This document shows, in pieces, positions 28,569 through 37,055 of a DNA stretch of 41,034 bases. Each line of letters begins with the position of its first letter. Within the stretch, counting starts at the first letter, position 1. Origin of the DNA: a virus. Taxonomy: Duplodnaviria; Caudoviricetes. The notes beneath the pieces were generated by a model. It was not told where the DNA came from and searched no databases. It saw only the letters and a list, made by a program, of their open reading frames with translations. Location of the stretch: positions 1 to 41,034 of IMG/VR virus record IMGVR_UViG_3300031949_000088; one strand, 5' to 3'. The translations under genes were made by a program, and so were the position numbers.

Positions 28569-29938
28569 TGGCAAACAATAACTCACTTCTCATGATCGGG
28601 GGCGCGGTCGCAGCCGTGGGTATCGGCTACGTCGTGATGAAAGGCCGCTGCGAAGACGGCGACGGCCCGGACTTCCTGTGCGACATGCTACCGGGTACAG
28701 GTCCGTCGATTCCGCCCGATGTCATGACCCAGGCGACACTGGCTGATTTTGTCGCCAAAGGTCGCAGCCTAGGGCTAACGGATGCGCAGATCCAACTCAA
28801 GCTTGATGAATTCGTGGCACAGAAAAAGGCCTGCGTAACTCCCTCCACTTGGAAGTTAGAAACCTCAAGTTGCATGGGTGGCAGCTTGGTGGCAGGTCCA
28901 CCGCCTCCGTTGACCCAGCCGTATATTCCGCCGACGGTGCCGCCTCCCCCGAGCTTGCCGCCCGTCACGGACCCGGTTGTAGCCGCGCTGGCCGCCGCCG
29001 CAGCTGGCGACGCCTTTTTCGTCGGGGGCAAGGCAAACGCCGATCACTGGGCCTACTACTGGAACCGGCTGCATACCCCGATCACGGGTGCGCAGTTCAC
29101 GGCGGCATTCGGCGTCGATCGCGGGCCGCAGTCCATGACCGCCTCTGAATTTATTGGACGGATCAGAGCTGTCGGGCTCTCCGGTTTTCGGATGCGCGTG
29201 CCCGGAGTGCTCGGGGGCATCAGCTCGAACTTGCTGGGAATCCGCGTCCCTGGTTTCGGACTCGGCAGAACGGTGCAGCACAATTTCTTTGGAACGATGA
29301 TCGCCTACGCGGGCGCTGAAGACATCATGGCGGAGCTGGCGCGATCGTGGCAGTCGGCGCGGGGCAATGGCACCGGATTCGCCTGCCGTGATTTGCAGCG
29401 CGATCCGAGCACAGCAGCGCGGGCTCTCATTGACATCACCGTAGATCACTGCAACCTCGCCCCTGAAGCGTGCCAGGGCGTCGACGTTCCCGGCGTGGCG
29501 GGCGAACTCGCTTCCGATTATGCCGACTGGTTCAATCGCACCTTTCCCAAGGGCTGGGGCGATTGTTACAACTACGACGCGGCTACGTTTGCAGCGAAGT
29601 TCCCCGGAGCGAGTCAAGCCGACTACTGGTTCAGCGGGCCTCCAGGCGGCTCGGTGTCCGTGGCTCCGGCCCCGACTCCGCCCGTGATGCAGCAGCAGCA
29701 GCCCTTGAACAATCCGCCTGCCGTGTTATACATCACCCCGCCCCCGCCGCCTCCGGCGTCGGTAGCAGCTCCGCCTCCGGCGCCGGCACCAGGTCCAGCG
29801 GCGAACAACACCGCACCCAAGATGGACGGCGGTTTTGATTTTGGCGGCTCTGTGAAGATCGGGGATTTTGACGTGCCTTATTGGGCGCTCGGAATCGTTG
29901 CGGTGGGAGCGTTCATGTACATGAAGGGAGCCAAGTAG
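28568..29938 (+). CDS. two-module membrane protein with N- and C-terminal TM segments
   Basis: TGATG overlap; Pro-rich linkers; internal MRVPG...GFGLG leader at 29192. Confidence 0.8.
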   Translation: MANNNSLLMIGGAVAAVGIGYVVMKGRCEDGDGPDFLCDMLPGTGPSIPPDVMTQATLADFVAKGRSLGLTDAQIQLKLDEFVAQKKACVTPSTWKLETSSCMGGSLVAGPPPPLTQPYIPPTVPPPPSLPPVTDPVVAALAAAAAGDAFFVGGKANADHWAYYWNRLHTPITGAQFTAAFGVDRGPQSMTASEFIGRIRAVGLSGFRMRVPGVLGGISSNLLGIRVPGFGLGRTVQHNFFGTMIAYAGAEDIMAELARSWQSARGNGTGFACRDLQRDPSTAARALIDITVDHCNLAPEACQGVDVPGVAGELASDYADWFNRTFPKGWGDCYNYDAATFAAKFPGASQADYWFSGPPGGSVSVAPAPTPPVMQQQQPLNNPPAVLYITPPPPPPASVAAPPPAPAPGPAANNTAPKMDGGFDFGGSVKIGDFDVPYWALGIVAVGAFMYMKGAK

Positions 29939-30139
29939 ATGTTCGTGCCTCATCAAGGTTTAGGAGCTTGCTACAACTGGACGCAGCCGTGCGCTTCCAG
30001 CATGGTCACGGAAACTTGCGCACCCACTGAGCAACGCGGAACGCCGACGTGCGCGCCGACTGCGACCTGGTTTTGGATTCTTGCGGCCCTGGCCGCTGCT
30101 GCCGTCGTGGTGAAGAGCAACAAGGGAGCTGCCCGGTGA
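29939..30139 (+). CDS. small Cys-rich tail-anchored protein
   Basis: MFVPHQGLG leader; TM plus basic end. Confidence 0.7.
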   Translation: MFVPHQGLGACYNWTQPCASSMVTETCAPTEQRGTPTCAPTATWFWILAALAAAAVVVKSNKGAAR

Positions 30140-30573
30140 GAATGCCCGTCCAAACCATCCATCGCGGCATGGGCTGGATGCCGTGTATTCCCGCTGCCAT
30201 CAGCGAACTGAATGGTGAGCCGATCGCGCAGTGCAACTCGATCAGCGATCAAACGCCGTGCTACTTCGATGGCCCTCTGGCGAATTCCGGCTACTGCCCT
30301 TCAGGAATGCCGGGGGGACTTGGCACCGTTGATGAGCCGATCCGCGTGGACGTTACCGACTGTGCGCCGGATCTCTGTTTCGACTATTGGTTTCCTTGGG
30401 TCGGGAATCGAACGCAGACACCGCAAGGCCAATCGGTTTACGGCCGGGTGCTCAACGGCTCATGTTACTGCAAGCCGATTTTCGATGTGGCCCCGTGGAA
30501 CAAGCCGATTACGTTCGGACTTATCGGCCTGATTGGGCTGGCGATCGTCATGGGGGGGAAACGTCGCAGATGA
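30136..30573 (+). CDS. Cys-rich tail-anchored protein
   Basis: GTGA overlap; MRMPVQTIHRGMG leader; internal GGLG; TM plus KRRR. Confidence 0.75.
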   Translation: MRMPVQTIHRGMGWMPCIPAAISELNGEPIAQCNSISDQTPCYFDGPLANSGYCPSGMPGGLGTVDEPIRVDVTDCAPDLCFDYWFPWVGNRTQTPQGQSVYGRVLNGSCYCKPIFDVAPWNKPITFGLIGLIGLAIVMGGKRRR

Positions 30574-31025
30574 AAACCCACTATCAAGTTTTGGGAGTAG
30601 CGAACGATGCCCCGCCTGAAGTGGTGAAGGCGGCATACCGGGTGCTCGCTCAGCAGTATCATCCCGACAAAAATCCGGGCAACCAAACCGCCGAAGATTT
30701 GTTCAAGTCGGTGAACGCTGCCTATCAGGTCGTAGGTGATCCGGAGAAGCGCCGCGAGTACGATGTGTTTCTGGCATCGCGGAAACCGCAGGCGGTGCCG
30801 TTCCCGTCGCCGTTCACCGGATTCGACCCCTCCGGCTTTGTGCAGGCCTACCCCGATGCCTATAAGAACGTGGCGGGAGCTGTGGACCTGGCCGCGCACC
30901 AGGCCATGCAGGCCGCTGGCGAGGTTTTCGTTGAGACCATCCTTTCGACCATGCCACCTCACATACGGGAGTTTGCAAAGCAGGCTATGGCGGCTGCTAC
31001 CAAGCAAGCGAGGAAAAAGGCATGA
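30570..31025 (+). CDS. J-domain (DnaJ-like) co-chaperone
   Basis: HYQVLGV...KAAYR.LA.QYHPDKNPG...F..VN.AY.V.GDPEKRREYD with intact HPD. Confidence 0.93.
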   Translation: MKTHYQVLGVANDAPPEVVKAAYRVLAQQYHPDKNPGNQTAEDLFKSVNAAYQVVGDPEKRREYDVFLASRKPQAVPFPSPFTGFDPSGFVQAYPDAYKNVAGAVDLAAHQAMQAAGEVFVETILSTMPPHIREFAKQAMAAATKQARKKA

Positions 31026-31426
31026 GAATTCCCTTGGGAGCACTCGCGCTCTACGAAGGCCAGCCGGGATACGATCCGCTTCACCCGTGGTGGTTGCCCG
31101 GAGCCATGCACACCGATTTCGAGTGCAAGGCGCTGGTACAGCAAGGCAAGCCCGTTGACGATTTGTGTGTGTTCGCGTTCCACCAGGGAACCCCGCCCTA
31201 CGACTACGTGAGGCCGTCGAATGTTCCTTCGGTTGTGCAAGTCGCGATCAACACACCCGGCGATATCTTGGGCGGTGGCGCTGAAACGATATCCCATGCA
31301 GCGGGCAAAGTTGGATCGGGTGTCGGCGACGGTTTAGCAAGCGGGCTTTCTTTGTCAGGAGTGATGGTGTTTGGAGTGATCGCGCTGGTCGGACTGGGAG
31401 CATTGTTCGTTTACGCGAAACGGTAA
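31022..31426 (+). CDS. tail-anchored putative virion protein
   Basis: MRIPLG leader; TM plus KR. Confidence 0.75.
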   Translation: MRIPLGALALYEGQPGYDPLHPWWLPGAMHTDFECKALVQQGKPVDDLCVFAFHQGTPPYDYVRPSNVPSVVQVAINTPGDILGGGAETISHAAGKVGSGVGDGLASGLSLSGVMVFGVIALVGLGALFVYAKR

Positions 31427-31438
31427 GGAGAAAAAATC

Positions 31439-32068
31439 ATGAGACTTCACAGCGCAACTTTGGGTGTGTACGTTCCGGGGATGGGCGATTTCATCGACGC
31501 CGACGATTCCGCGTTTTTGACTTCGCTAGCTCCGAACCTTGGACCGAGCCTTGGGGATTTCGTAGCAGCGGATCGTGAAGCGTTTCTGACCGATCTCTCT
31601 CCGCACCTCGGCGACTTCATTGGTGCCGATCGCTCGGCGTTCCTGACTTCGCTGGCGGCAAACCTCGGGGACACAGTGCCCACAGCACCGCTCTATCCGA
31701 TTCCGCAGAATTCAGTGCTCACCGCTTATGGTCTCGCGGGTCTAGCAGCTCACGACGATTGCGGTTGCGGCTGTGCGGGAACGGGTGGATGCGGGGGCGG
31801 GCTGTCGGGCATCAGCGATATGATGTCCAGCGTCACGACGTGGGCCGAAGGGCAGTTTGCCAAGATCAAGGCCGGGGACATGGCCACGATCGCGATATGG
31901 GCCGGGGGCGGCCTGCTAGCGGCCTATTTCCTTTTTGGCTTCCGATTCGGCGGCTACAGTTCAGCCCGCAAGGAAGCAGCAGCGGATTATCGGGCGAAGC
32001 TCGCAAAGCTCCGCGCCGAATATCCCACAACCGCCGGTCGGGCACGGAGGGCAGCGTCCGCGTTCTAG
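31439..32068 (+). CDS. membrane protein with tandem GDFxxADxxAFLTxL repeats
   Basis: AAGGAG SD; VYVPGMG leader; three repeats at 31484-31666; CGCGC; TM plus basic helix. Confidence 0.85.
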   Translation: MRLHSATLGVYVPGMGDFIDADDSAFLTSLAPNLGPSLGDFVAADREAFLTDLSPHLGDFIGADRSAFLTSLAANLGDTVPTAPLYPIPQNSVLTAYGLAGLAAHDDCGCGCAGTGGCGGGLSGISDMMSSVTTWAEGQFAKIKAGDMATIAIWAGGGLLAAYFLFGFRFGGYSSARKEAAADYRAKLAKLRAEYPTTAGRARRAASAF

Positions 32069-32070
32069 CC

Positions 32071-33816
32071 ATGCCCGCCACTCAACAAAATCCGGTGATC
32101 TGGCCCCAGCGCTTCGATAGCGAAGCGCAAGCCCGCAGAGCGTACCGAGCTGCCGGGGCAAAGGAGCCCGCGCGTTTCGTCCCAGCGGGCAAATCCACGC
32201 TCATCGTACAGGGCGCTGTGTCGCAGGCCATGGCGTCGAAATTGGTTTCGGGTCTTACGGGATTGAGGCCGCGCGGGGAGAATCCCGTAGGACCGCGCGA
32301 AGCGGGACGGCAAGCCGTCGCCACGTCGGAGCTGAGGCCGTCGCCCGCGCTTGCAACGAAGTGGTTCAGCAATTGGAAGAGCCAAACGCCAGGCGCGACG
32401 TTCGGCGATCGCAAAGCGTTCATGGCTGGAATCACGGAGGCCTCCGCGTCGGCTGCCCGAAAGCGCGTCGATGAAATGCTGACCGCTGGTGGCTTGCGAA
32501 AAAACGGCAAGCGTAAAAATGCGTTGATCGAAACTCACCATCGCGGGGAAGAGAAAAAGTTTTATTACACGCACGGCGGAAAAACCTTCGGGCCCTACAA
32601 GACATACGCGGAGCGAGAGACAGCCCGGAAGCTCGCCATGGGACTACGGCAGAGTGCCGCCGAAAAGTTCATGGCCAAGTATCGATTCAAGAATCCTGGT
32701 CACAACAAACCCAAGCACCCGAAACTCGAAAAAGATAATGACCAGGGCGATGCGCTGAAAACTCGGTTGAAGGAGTTGAAGCCTGGAGCATTCGTCAAAG
32801 TGATAGCCAGCGGGGAGCGGTTCTGGGTACACGTCACGAAAGTTTCGGGATCCACAGTCACCGGAGCTGTGGACAACGATCTCGTAAATACCGACATCCA
32901 CGGTCTGCGATTGCAGGACTTCATAGAGTTTTCCAAGGATAAGATTTTCGCGTTGGGCTCCTCAAATCCCGCCAAGAACGGCGTTCCCGCCGGTCGCAAC
33001 GCCAAAAAAGGCGGTTCCGGCCGATTGCCGGAAATGACGGTGACGCACGGAAGCAAGCGTGCCGACATTTTCACCGAAGGCAAAAAGTTCGCCGTCGCGA
33101 TCGCGGGCGAAGCTCGCCAGGTGTTCGATTCGATCAAGGCCGCTGTCAGCTACGCGCGTCTGCGATTGCATGAAGTCGCTAACCAGCCGGCCAAACTCAC
33201 AGCGAACTCCAAAGCCGTCGCGAAGCTGCTGAAGAAAGCGAATCCCGGGGGACGCCGCGGCAACCCGGAAAACAGCGCCGTCGAGATGTACGAAATGTTC
33301 CACGGCCTGCCGTCGACGCAGTTTGTCGAGTACCGCGAAAAGTTCCACGTCCACGAATTCATGTGGGCAGCCGGGACTCTGGTTTCGATGGTCGTTACCG
33401 GCCCGCGCGGTGGTCAGATCACGCTCAGCAGCCCCGATCCCGACAAAGTGGATTTCTCGCAAGTCGTGATGGTGTGCTTCAGCGAAGACGGAAAGCAGAT
33501 TTACTTCCGGGGCGGGGAACAAGATTTGCCGCTTGATGGAATCGTGGAAGCGTTCGCGCTGAACGATGACGACGTGCGAGACAACATGGAGGTGGGCCGG
33601 ATCAAGCGCCTGACCTACCGCACGTTCAAAAACTTTGAAGAGAACGGCCAAGTGCCGATCGATTTTTACCACAATCACGGGAAGGAAGATGCTGAGGGCG
33701 TGTTACCGCTGCTGTGCTACAAACCGCTCGACCCCAGCATGTTCGTTGTAGGAGGCCGCTACAAGATCGCGCCAAAAGATCGCGTTCTGAAGGCGAGTCC
33801 CGGAGTTGTAGGCTGA
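32071..33816 (+). CDS. large basic modular core-like protein punctuated by Asn-Pro motifs
   Basis: Start ATG 32071; QNP, ENP, KNP, SNP, ANP and GNP separate modules; a DUF2314-like segment (ERFWV.V...GAVDND). Confidence 0.8.
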   Translation: MPATQQNPVIWPQRFDSEAQARRAYRAAGAKEPARFVPAGKSTLIVQGAVSQAMASKLVSGLTGLRPRGENPVGPREAGRQAVATSELRPSPALATKWFSNWKSQTPGATFGDRKAFMAGITEASASAARKRVDEMLTAGGLRKNGKRKNALIETHHRGEEKKFYYTHGGKTFGPYKTYAERETARKLAMGLRQSAAEKFMAKYRFKNPGHNKPKHPKLEKDNDQGDALKTRLKELKPGAFVKVIASGERFWVHVTKVSGSTVTGAVDNDLVNTDIHGLRLQDFIEFSKDKIFALGSSNPAKNGVPAGRNAKKGGSGRLPEMTVTHGSKRADIFTEGKKFAVAIAGEARQVFDSIKAAVSYARLRLHEVANQPAKLTANSKAVAKLLKKANPGGRRGNPENSAVEMYEMFHGLPSTQFVEYREKFHVHEFMWAAGTLVSMVVTGPRGGQITLSSPDPDKVDFSQVVMVCFSEDGKQIYFRGGEQDLPLDGIVEAFALNDDDVRDNMEVGRIKRLTYRTFKNFEENGQVPIDFYHNHGKEDAEGVLPLLCYKPLDPSMFVVGGRYKIAPKDRVLKASPGVVG

Positions 33817-35003
33817 TGACTATGACACCAAAACCGCAGTTCACGTTTCTATCGATGCCGACTTTTGAGCATTGGGATTGGCTGAATCCCGACGCCAAAG
33901 GAATCGGAGGCTCGGAGACCTCCCATATCCAGATGGCCCAGCGCCTCAAAAAGCGCGGCTGTGATGTTCGCAGTTACGGCCCGACGCCCTACACCGGTCC
34001 AATGACCGATGAGACGGGGCTCGAATGGCGCTGGTGGGACAAGGCGTTCGACGCCGAAGACGAAGGGCAGGCGCTCGATCGCGCAGGCGTGTGGGTGGTT
34101 TACCGCGATCCGCAAGCCGTGGACTTCGTGCCGCAAGGCTTCCCCATTTGGATGATTTGCCAGGACGTGGACTACGACACCTGGACCCCGGAGAGAATTG
34201 CCCGCTGCACGCGCATAGTCGCGCTGTGCGAAGAGCAAAAGCGATTCCTGGAGTATCATCACCCCGAGATGTGCGGGCGCGTGTGCGTCAGCTCTAACGG
34301 CGTGCGGCCTGGTCTCATTGAGCAGATGCGGCGGCTCGATCTCCCTCGCAATCCCAAGCGTCTGATTTATCCGTCGAGTCCCGATCGCGGCCTCATGAAC
34401 CTAGTGCCGATTTTCGAACGGGCGCGGGAAATCGATCATGAGCTGGAGCTGCACGTTTACTACGGCTTTGACAACATCGAAAAAGTTGTGGAGCGCGAAG
34501 CCGCCCTGCCGGGAAACATGGGCCTGGTCGCAAAGCAAACCCAGCGTATCCGCGATGCCATCAATAAGCCGGGTATCGTAGTCCATGGCCGAACGGGCCA
34601 GAAGGATCTCGCGCGAGAGTGGGCCCAGTCCGGTATCTGGTGTCATCCCTCGAATTTCCAGGAAACGTCCTGCATCACTTGCATGGACGCGCAAGCCTTC
34701 GGAGCCATCCCCATCACGAACCCGATTTGGGCGGTGGGTGAGAACGTAGAGCACGGCGTATTCATTGAAGGCAACGCGGCAAACTATGTTGTGCGCGGCC
34801 TCTATGCCCTGGAGCTGGTGCGGCTCGCAAGCGATCCGATCCGGCAGCAGGAAATCCGCAGAGTCATGATGCCGTGGGCTCGGGACCGATTCACTTGGGA
34901 AACTTTCACGGATCAGTGGATGTCTTGGGCAGTAAATGACACGACGTCGACCAGCGCCGGAACCGGCGTGGCTTCCAGGTCAGAACTCGCGGGGGTGCGC
35001 TAA
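33816..35003 (+). CDS. GT-B fold (GT4-like) glycosyltransferase
   Basis: GIGGSET, SSPDRGL, ETSCITCMDAQAFGAIPI; TGATG overlap. Confidence 0.88.
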   Translation: MTMTPKPQFTFLSMPTFEHWDWLNPDAKGIGGSETSHIQMAQRLKKRGCDVRSYGPTPYTGPMTDETGLEWRWWDKAFDAEDEGQALDRAGVWVVYRDPQAVDFVPQGFPIWMICQDVDYDTWTPERIARCTRIVALCEEQKRFLEYHHPEMCGRVCVSSNGVRPGLIEQMRRLDLPRNPKRLIYPSSPDRGLMNLVPIFERAREIDHELELHVYYGFDNIEKVVEREAALPGNMGLVAKQTQRIRDAINKPGIVVHGRTGQKDLAREWAQSGIWCHPSNFQETSCITCMDAQAFGAIPITNPIWAVGENVEHGVFIEGNAANYVVRGLYALELVRLASDPIRQQEIRRVMMPWARDRFTWETFTDQWMSWAVNDTTSTSAGTGVASRSELAGVR

Positions 35004-35696
35004 ATGGAAACCTTGCAACGCACCAAAGTAATCGGCTCGATCGCGTACATGGGCGGCATTATGTCCGTTCCCGAACCGTTCGCCTGGTCGTGGTCGCAGA
35101 TGGTGGAATTCAATCACTCCGCGCTGTGCGAAAACGGGGAACGGATCCACTACGATCGCTCACGGCTCAGCCTTCACGACTACGCGCGGAACGAACTCGT
35201 AGGGCGGATGCTCGGCGACTTCCTTTTGATGCTCGATACCGACATGCAGTTCGAACCGGATTTCGCGGCCCGCCTGGTCCACCAGATGTATGCCCACGAT
35301 CTCGACGTGGTGACTGGCCTCTATCAGTTCAAGGGCGGTGCTCATGCGCCTGTGTTGTGGCATGACAACGTGGAAGGCGACCGGCTGGAAATCATCGGCA
35401 AATGGGATGAGACCGTGGACCTGTTCCCGATCGGGAGCGCGGGCGCGGGCTGCCTGCTGCTCCGGAGACGGGCGCTTGAGCGCATCCGGCTTGAGTTGAA
35501 AGTAAATCCCTTCAGCCGCATCGACGGCAAGGGTGAAGATCATAGTTTCTTCGAACGATTGAAGAAACTCGGAATTCCGGCGTATTGCGCCTGGAAAGTG
35601 CAGGCTGGGCACCTCGACTACAAGCCGATCGGAATGGCGGATCGAAGCGAAGCCATGTTGATCGGCGAGTACGAGGTAGAAAGTTTGCGGAGTTAG
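35004..35696 (+). CDS. GT-A fold (GT2-like) glycosyltransferase
   Basis: ARN, LMLDTD (DxD), GAGCLLLRR, GEDHSF, GH. Confidence 0.88.
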   Translation: METLQRTKVIGSIAYMGGIMSVPEPFAWSWSQMVEFNHSALCENGERIHYDRSRLSLHDYARNELVGRMLGDFLLMLDTDMQFEPDFAARLVHQMYAHDLDVVTGLYQFKGGAHAPVLWHDNVEGDRLEIIGKWDETVDLFPIGSAGAGCLLLRRRALERIRLELKVNPFSRIDGKGEDHSFFERLKKLGIPAYCAWKVQAGHLDYKPIGMADRSEAMLIGEYEVESLRS

Positions 35697-35731
35697 AAGC
35701 CCCGGAAAGCGGGAAAAGGAAGGTAGTAGAA

Positions 35732-36238
35732 ATGACAAAACGAAACATCGCTCTCGGTTTTCTGGCGGTTCTGGCCCTGGTCGTAGCCGCCTTGGTGGTC
35801 ACTGATTGGAAGCAGCTTCCATTGGTGGTCGGAGTCATCGGCGCTGCCGGTACTGCACTATACGCGCTCTTCGCTCAGCAAGGCGAACGCGGCGCGGTCA
35901 CGGTGACATACCGCAACGTCGGCAGCGGCACTACGCCCCCCACGGCGATCGCAGCGCGGCGCGTCAATAGCGTCGTGGCAACCATCGCCGCATCGGCGGA
36001 CGCGGACGCTGCGGCTATCGTGACTCACAACATGAATTTGTCCGCTGCGGATTTGGCGGCAGGATGGCCTACTGTGCTATTCGAGCCGCTCAGCACGCAG
36101 TTCCAAACGTCTCGCTGGTTTGCGGTTTCGCATGACCCCAATTACGTGGGTCTGGTGAAGGGCAACGCGGCAGGCGGCGGCGCGGCTGGTGAACAGTTGA
36201 AAGTCACCGTAGCCCGTCCGCACACGATTGTCCGCTAG
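35732..36238 (+). CDS. N-anchored beta-rich putative structural protein
   Basis: AAGGAAGG SD; N-terminal hydrophobic segments then an Ala/Val/Thr-rich domain. Confidence 0.75.
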   Translation: MTKRNIALGFLAVLALVVAALVVTDWKQLPLVVGVIGAAGTALYALFAQQGERGAVTVTYRNVGSGTTPPTAIAARRVNSVVATIAASADADAAAIVTHNMNLSAADLAAGWPTVLFEPLSTQFQTSRWFAVSHDPNYVGLVKGNAAGGGAAGEQLKVTVARPHTIVR

Positions 36239-36266
36239 GGCGGTCCATGAAAGGAGAACACAACCG

Positions 36267-37001
36267 ATGTTCCTCGAACGTGTGACCAAAGTAGCGGTGG
36301 GCTCTCGGCAGAATCCGGCTCGACCAAAGAGCCGGAAGAAAGCCAAGGCCCCGAGCAGTAATCCAGCACATCTCTTGTCGCTGGGGTGGATCAACCCGAA
36401 AGTCACGAAAGGAAGCAACATGGCCAAAGCCAAACGGGCCGCCCCAAAAGCGTCCCAGAACCGTAAAGGAAAAAAGAAGGCGTCGAATCCCGGCACGAAA
36501 ATTGTCGTGATCGGACCCAAGCAGAACAAAGGCGGGCAGTACACCGTGCGCAAAAAGAGTCGCAACCCGACTTTCTTCGGCAGCAACGTAAGCGGAATGC
36601 AGATGGCTCAGTATGTCGGTGCCGGCCTCGCGGGCCTCACCGTGAACCGTCTCGCGCTGCCCATGCTGCCGGATATGTTCCGTCAGAGCCCCATCGCGGT
36701 CTCTCTGTCCGCTCTGGCCCTGGCCGGTGTGGAATGGTGGCTCGCGAGCATGGCCAGCAAGGAACTCGGCGCTGCCGTTGGTTTCGGTGCGTTGATGGGC
36801 GCCGGGAGCGTCATGCTGAACCAGGTCGTACCCAGTGTCGGTCGCAATGTGCCGATCAGTGGACGCCGCGGAACCGGTGATTTCGTGGGTGCCGATCGCT
36901 CGGCGTTCCTGACTTCGCTGGGCCCGGACATCGCGAGTGTTCCGGGCAACGGCGTAGCGATGCGCAGCGCGTATCCTGCGGCCTATGGGATGGCAGCCTA
37001 G
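36267..37001 (+). CDS. basic NP-motif protein with C-terminal membrane domain
   Basis: AAGGAG SD; QNP, SNP, INP, SNP, RNP; about three hydrophobic helices; one GDFVGADRSAFLTSL copy; possible second start at 36420. Confidence 0.8.
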   Translation: MFLERVTKVAVGSRQNPARPKSRKKAKAPSSNPAHLLSLGWINPKVTKGSNMAKAKRAAPKASQNRKGKKKASNPGTKIVVIGPKQNKGGQYTVRKKSRNPTFFGSNVSGMQMAQYVGAGLAGLTVNRLALPMLPDMFRQSPIAVSLSALALAGVEWWLASMASKELGAAVGFGALMGAGSVMLNQVVPSVGRNVPISGRRGTGDFVGADRSAFLTSLGPDIASVPGNGVAMRSAYPAAYGMAA

Positions 37002-37055
37002 AGCCAATTTAGGTAGCTGAGAAAAAGAGAAAAAGGAAATAAGGAGAAAAATTTT

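Noticed and set aside
32170-32200. PAGKST as a Walker A motif of a packaging ATPase (also DGSGKS in the capsid candidate)
   Set aside because: Neither fits [AG]xxxxGK[ST] spacing; no Walker B context
31622-36921. Diversity-generating retroelement template/variable repeat pair
   Set aside because: No reverse transcriptase; the copies are identical over 34 bp without adenine-specific mismatches
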